Part shown: piece after piece, positions 62,068 through 64,000 of the stretch
How positions within the stretch are numbered: position 1 is the stretch's first letter
Layout of the letters: each line of letters opens with the position of its first letter
DNA from: Burkholderiales bacterium
GTDB lineage: Bacteria; Pseudomonadota; Gammaproteobacteria; Burkholderiales; SG8-39
Length of the DNA: 64,000 nucleotides
Assembly (NCBI GenBank): GCA_044870335.1
Contig: JBIOYV010000131.1
Coordinates: forward strand, 565 to 64,564
Direction of reading: 5' to 3'
Translations under genes and position numbers: made by a program
Notes under the pieces: generated by a model
Database searches by the model: none
What the model saw: only the letters and a program-made list of their open reading frames with translations
What the model was told of the DNA's origin: nothing

Positions 62068-63092
62068 TTTTCGGCGAGGGCCACCAATTCTTCGCCCGCA
62101 TCGCGATCGGCGAGTGCTCGTGCGGAGACGTAGAGCTGAACCAGGCGGCCAAGCACGCTCATCGTCCGGCTCGGCCTTGCCATCATGTCGTAGCGGCCAC
62201 CGCGGCGAATGGCGCGGCTCGCGCGCCAGGAACCGTTCACGTCCCGTATCGAGGTGAACAGCCGGAACCGCTCGAAGCCCGCCTTGCGCAACGCGCTCGC
62301 CAGCGCCTTGCGGTTGAAGAGATGCAGGTGCCGCGGGGGATCGAGCGAAAACCAGTGCATGCCGAAACGGCGGTGAAGCAGGCTGGCGGTGTTCGGGGTC
62401 GCGATCGCGAGCCGGCCGCCGGATCTGAGGATGCGGCGGGCCTCCGCCAGCCAGGCGACCGGGTCGTGAACATGCTCGAGAGAATGGCTCATGGTGACCG
62501 CGTCGAAGGCGCCATCCGGGAACTTCTGCCCGGCAAGCCCGCCGAGGTGAAAGCTCAGCCCGCGCGCGCGCGCGGCCTGAACCGCCTGCGGATCGAAGTC
62601 GAGTCCTTCGGCCCGCCAGCCAAGCAGCGCCAGCCCTTCGACAAGTGTGCCGCGGCCTGCCCCTACGTCGAGCAGACGCCCGCGTTCACCGGCCTGCAGC
62701 CACATGACCGAAAAATCGAGCTCGGTCGTTCTTCCGGGGTAGACGAAGGGCAGCAGGCCGGCGCAGCGTTGCAGCAGGGTCGCACCGTCCGCGTAGCCCC
62801 ACGTATTCGCCAGATAGCCGCGCTTCGCAGCCGCAAATAGCCGCGCGAGCAGGGTTCGCTTCTTCGAGACCGCTGCGTGGGTGTAGTAGCGAGCGTAGGC
62901 GAGGTGCAGATCCTCGGCCACTGGCATGGGATCGAGCCACAGTAGACCACAGCCAGGGGCGGCGCATTCTGCGAGCCGCCATTCGCCGGGGGCGTCGAAG
63001 AGGCGATCACGCATCGCAGCGTAAGCGGGCCGGCCGCGCGTGCCGCACAAGGGGCAACGCGGCGCGGGCTCGGCTCGGATGCTCGCACTCAC
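62064..63092 (-). CDS. class I SAM-dependent methyltransferase with N-terminal Cys4 zinc-ribbon-like motif
   Basis: GTG at 63092 overlaps the wzx stop (GTGA). 342 aa. CPLCG...(24 aa)...CAAPGC, and SAM motif LLDVGAGRG. Confidence 0.75.
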   Translation of the reverse strand: MSASIRAEPAPRCPLCGTRGRPAYAAMRDRLFDAPGEWRLAECAAPGCGLLWLDPMPVAEDLHLAYARYYTHAAVSKKRTLLARLFAAAKRGYLANTWGYADGATLLQRCAGLLPFVYPGRTTELDFSVMWLQAGERGRLLDVGAGRGTLVEGLALLGWRAEGLDFDPQAVQAARARGLSFHLGGLAGQKFPDGAFDAVTMSHSLEHVHDPVAWLAEARRILRSGGRLAIATPNTASLLHRRFGMHWFSLDPPRHLHLFNRKALASALRKAGFERFRLFTSIRDVNGSWRASRAIRRGGRYDMMARPSRTMSVLGRLVQLYVSARALADRDAGEELVALAEK

Positions 63093-64000
63093 GCTCGGGC
63101 CCTTCGCAATTGCCGCGTCGACAGCAGGAAGAGCAGCGCCGCATCCACCGCGCAGCGCAGACACCAGGCCATGGCCGCCCCCTCGATGCCGCGACTGCCG
63201 ACCAGGACAAAAAGAATCACGAAATACGCAGGCGCCTCGGCAAGGTGCAGCAGCGCCGTCACGTCGGCTCGTCCGCGAGCCTGAAGCACTGTAAACGGAA
63301 TATGCGCGAGGCAGTTCACGGCGACGCCGATTGCAAGCCACTGCGCGACGCCGGCTGCTTTGGCTGCGAATTCGTCGCCGAGCCACGCCGGCATCCACAG
63401 CGGCGCCGCCGCGCCCGCCACGAGGGCAAGCGGCACCGCCGTGGCGAGAACTACCAGCGCTCCCTTGCGCTGCAGCACCCACGCCCCGGCCGGGGACGCC
63501 GCGGCGAGGGCCGGAAACAGCGCGCCGGTAAGCGCAGCCGGCACGACCCAGAATCGCGTAAGGACTTCGTAGGGCGCCACGTAATAGCCGACGGCCGCGA
63601 CGGACACCATGGCGCCGATGACGAAACGGTCGGCGTAGACCATGAGCGGACCGACGACATTGGACACGGTGATCCAGGCTCCGTACGCGACGATCTTGCG
63701 CACGCCATCCGGCCGCGGCCACGCAGGGACGGCGAGTGCCCCCATCAGTCGCCAGCCTGCCCACCAGTGCGCCGCAAGCCCGAGCAGCCGCAGCGCCGCG
63801 AGCAGTACGCACACCGCCGGCAGCGGCGCGGGGCCGGACACCACGGCTAGCGGCGCCACGAACGTGAGAATGCCAAGCGGTACGCGGATCGCGTTCACCC
63901 AGCCGAAGTAGCGGCCGCCTTCGAGCAGGCCGCGCAGCGCGGCGGTGAGGGTGACGAGCGGCAAGCACGCCGCGAGGATCCGCACGCCAAGCGTCGCCTC
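63089..64000 (-). CDS. wzx: polysaccharide/O-antigen flippase (Wzx, MOP superfamily), 3' portion; continues past window end
   Basis: Open minus-strand frame to the window edge. Polytopic hydrophobic sequence typical of the C-terminal half of Wzx-type flippases. Confidence 0.7.
   Translation of the reverse strand, partial: EATLGVRILAACLPLVTLTAALRGLLEGGRYFGWVNAIRVPLGILTFVAPLAVVSGPAPLPAVCVLLAALRLLGLAAHWWAGWRLMGALAVPAWPRPDGVRKIVAYGAWITVSNVVGPLMVYADRFVIGAMVSVAAVGYYVAPYEVLTRFWVVPAALTGALFPALAAASPAGAWVLQRKGALVVLATAVPLALVAGAAAPLWMPAWLGDEFAAKAAGVAQWLAIGVAVNCLAHIPFTVLQARGRADVTALLHLAEAPAYFVILFVLVGSRGIEGAAMAWCLRCAVDAALLFLLSTRQLRRARA

Overview
High-GC (about 68-70% in lines counted by hand) chromosomal segment with a beta-/gammaproteobacterial gene repertoire. 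It is tiled almost completely by about 60 protein-coding genes. I found no rRNA, tRNA, CRISPR array, transposase, integrase or phage gene. Gene content, left to right: an RDD-ankyrin membrane protein; an omega-amino-acid:pyruvate aminotransferase; a ygiB/ygiC/DUF350-type module of unknown function; a sugar-acid catabolic island (FAH hydrolase, two SDRs, TRAP transporter, IlvD/Edd-family and UxaA-family dehydratases); DUF4126; rsmE; an ankyrin lipoprotein; argA; yggX; phoU; rpiA; the pyruvate dehydrogenase operon aceE-aceF-lpdA; folD; prlC; a DUF4124-glutaredoxin-like protein; xthA; aceB; a conserved hypothetical Rossmann protein; glnA-DUF4124-ntrB-ntrC with a recognisable sigma-54 promoter and NtrC sites; rhodanese; uppP; an alpha/beta hydrolase; a hybrid histidine kinase divergent from an HD-GYP protein; thiC with a TPP riboswitch; pcm-like/rhodanese/tolC. 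From about 46.1 kb to the window end there is an LPS core plus O-antigen locus: waaA, waaC, fcl, gmd, manC, waaL, wzx, GT2/GT4 transferases, two methyltransferases, a wbpM-like dehydratase and a putative fucosyltransferase. I see no defence island, mobile element or clearly new multi-gene system. The most interesting items are: (i) the uncharacterised DUF1190 lipoprotein / GspS-like ATP-grasp / DUF350 module; (ii) the unassigned two-dehydratase TRAP sugar-acid island; (iii) a small family of GGGGTCAGACCCC-core hairpins, two copies of which sit inside the region that should encode the TolC signal peptide; (iv) two envelope-tethered ankyrin proteins with 21-bp repeat linkers; (v) an unannotatable fucosyltransferase-like gene in the O-antigen locus. 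Many long ORFs in the supplied track are antisense or alternate-frame artefacts of high GC content and were not called.
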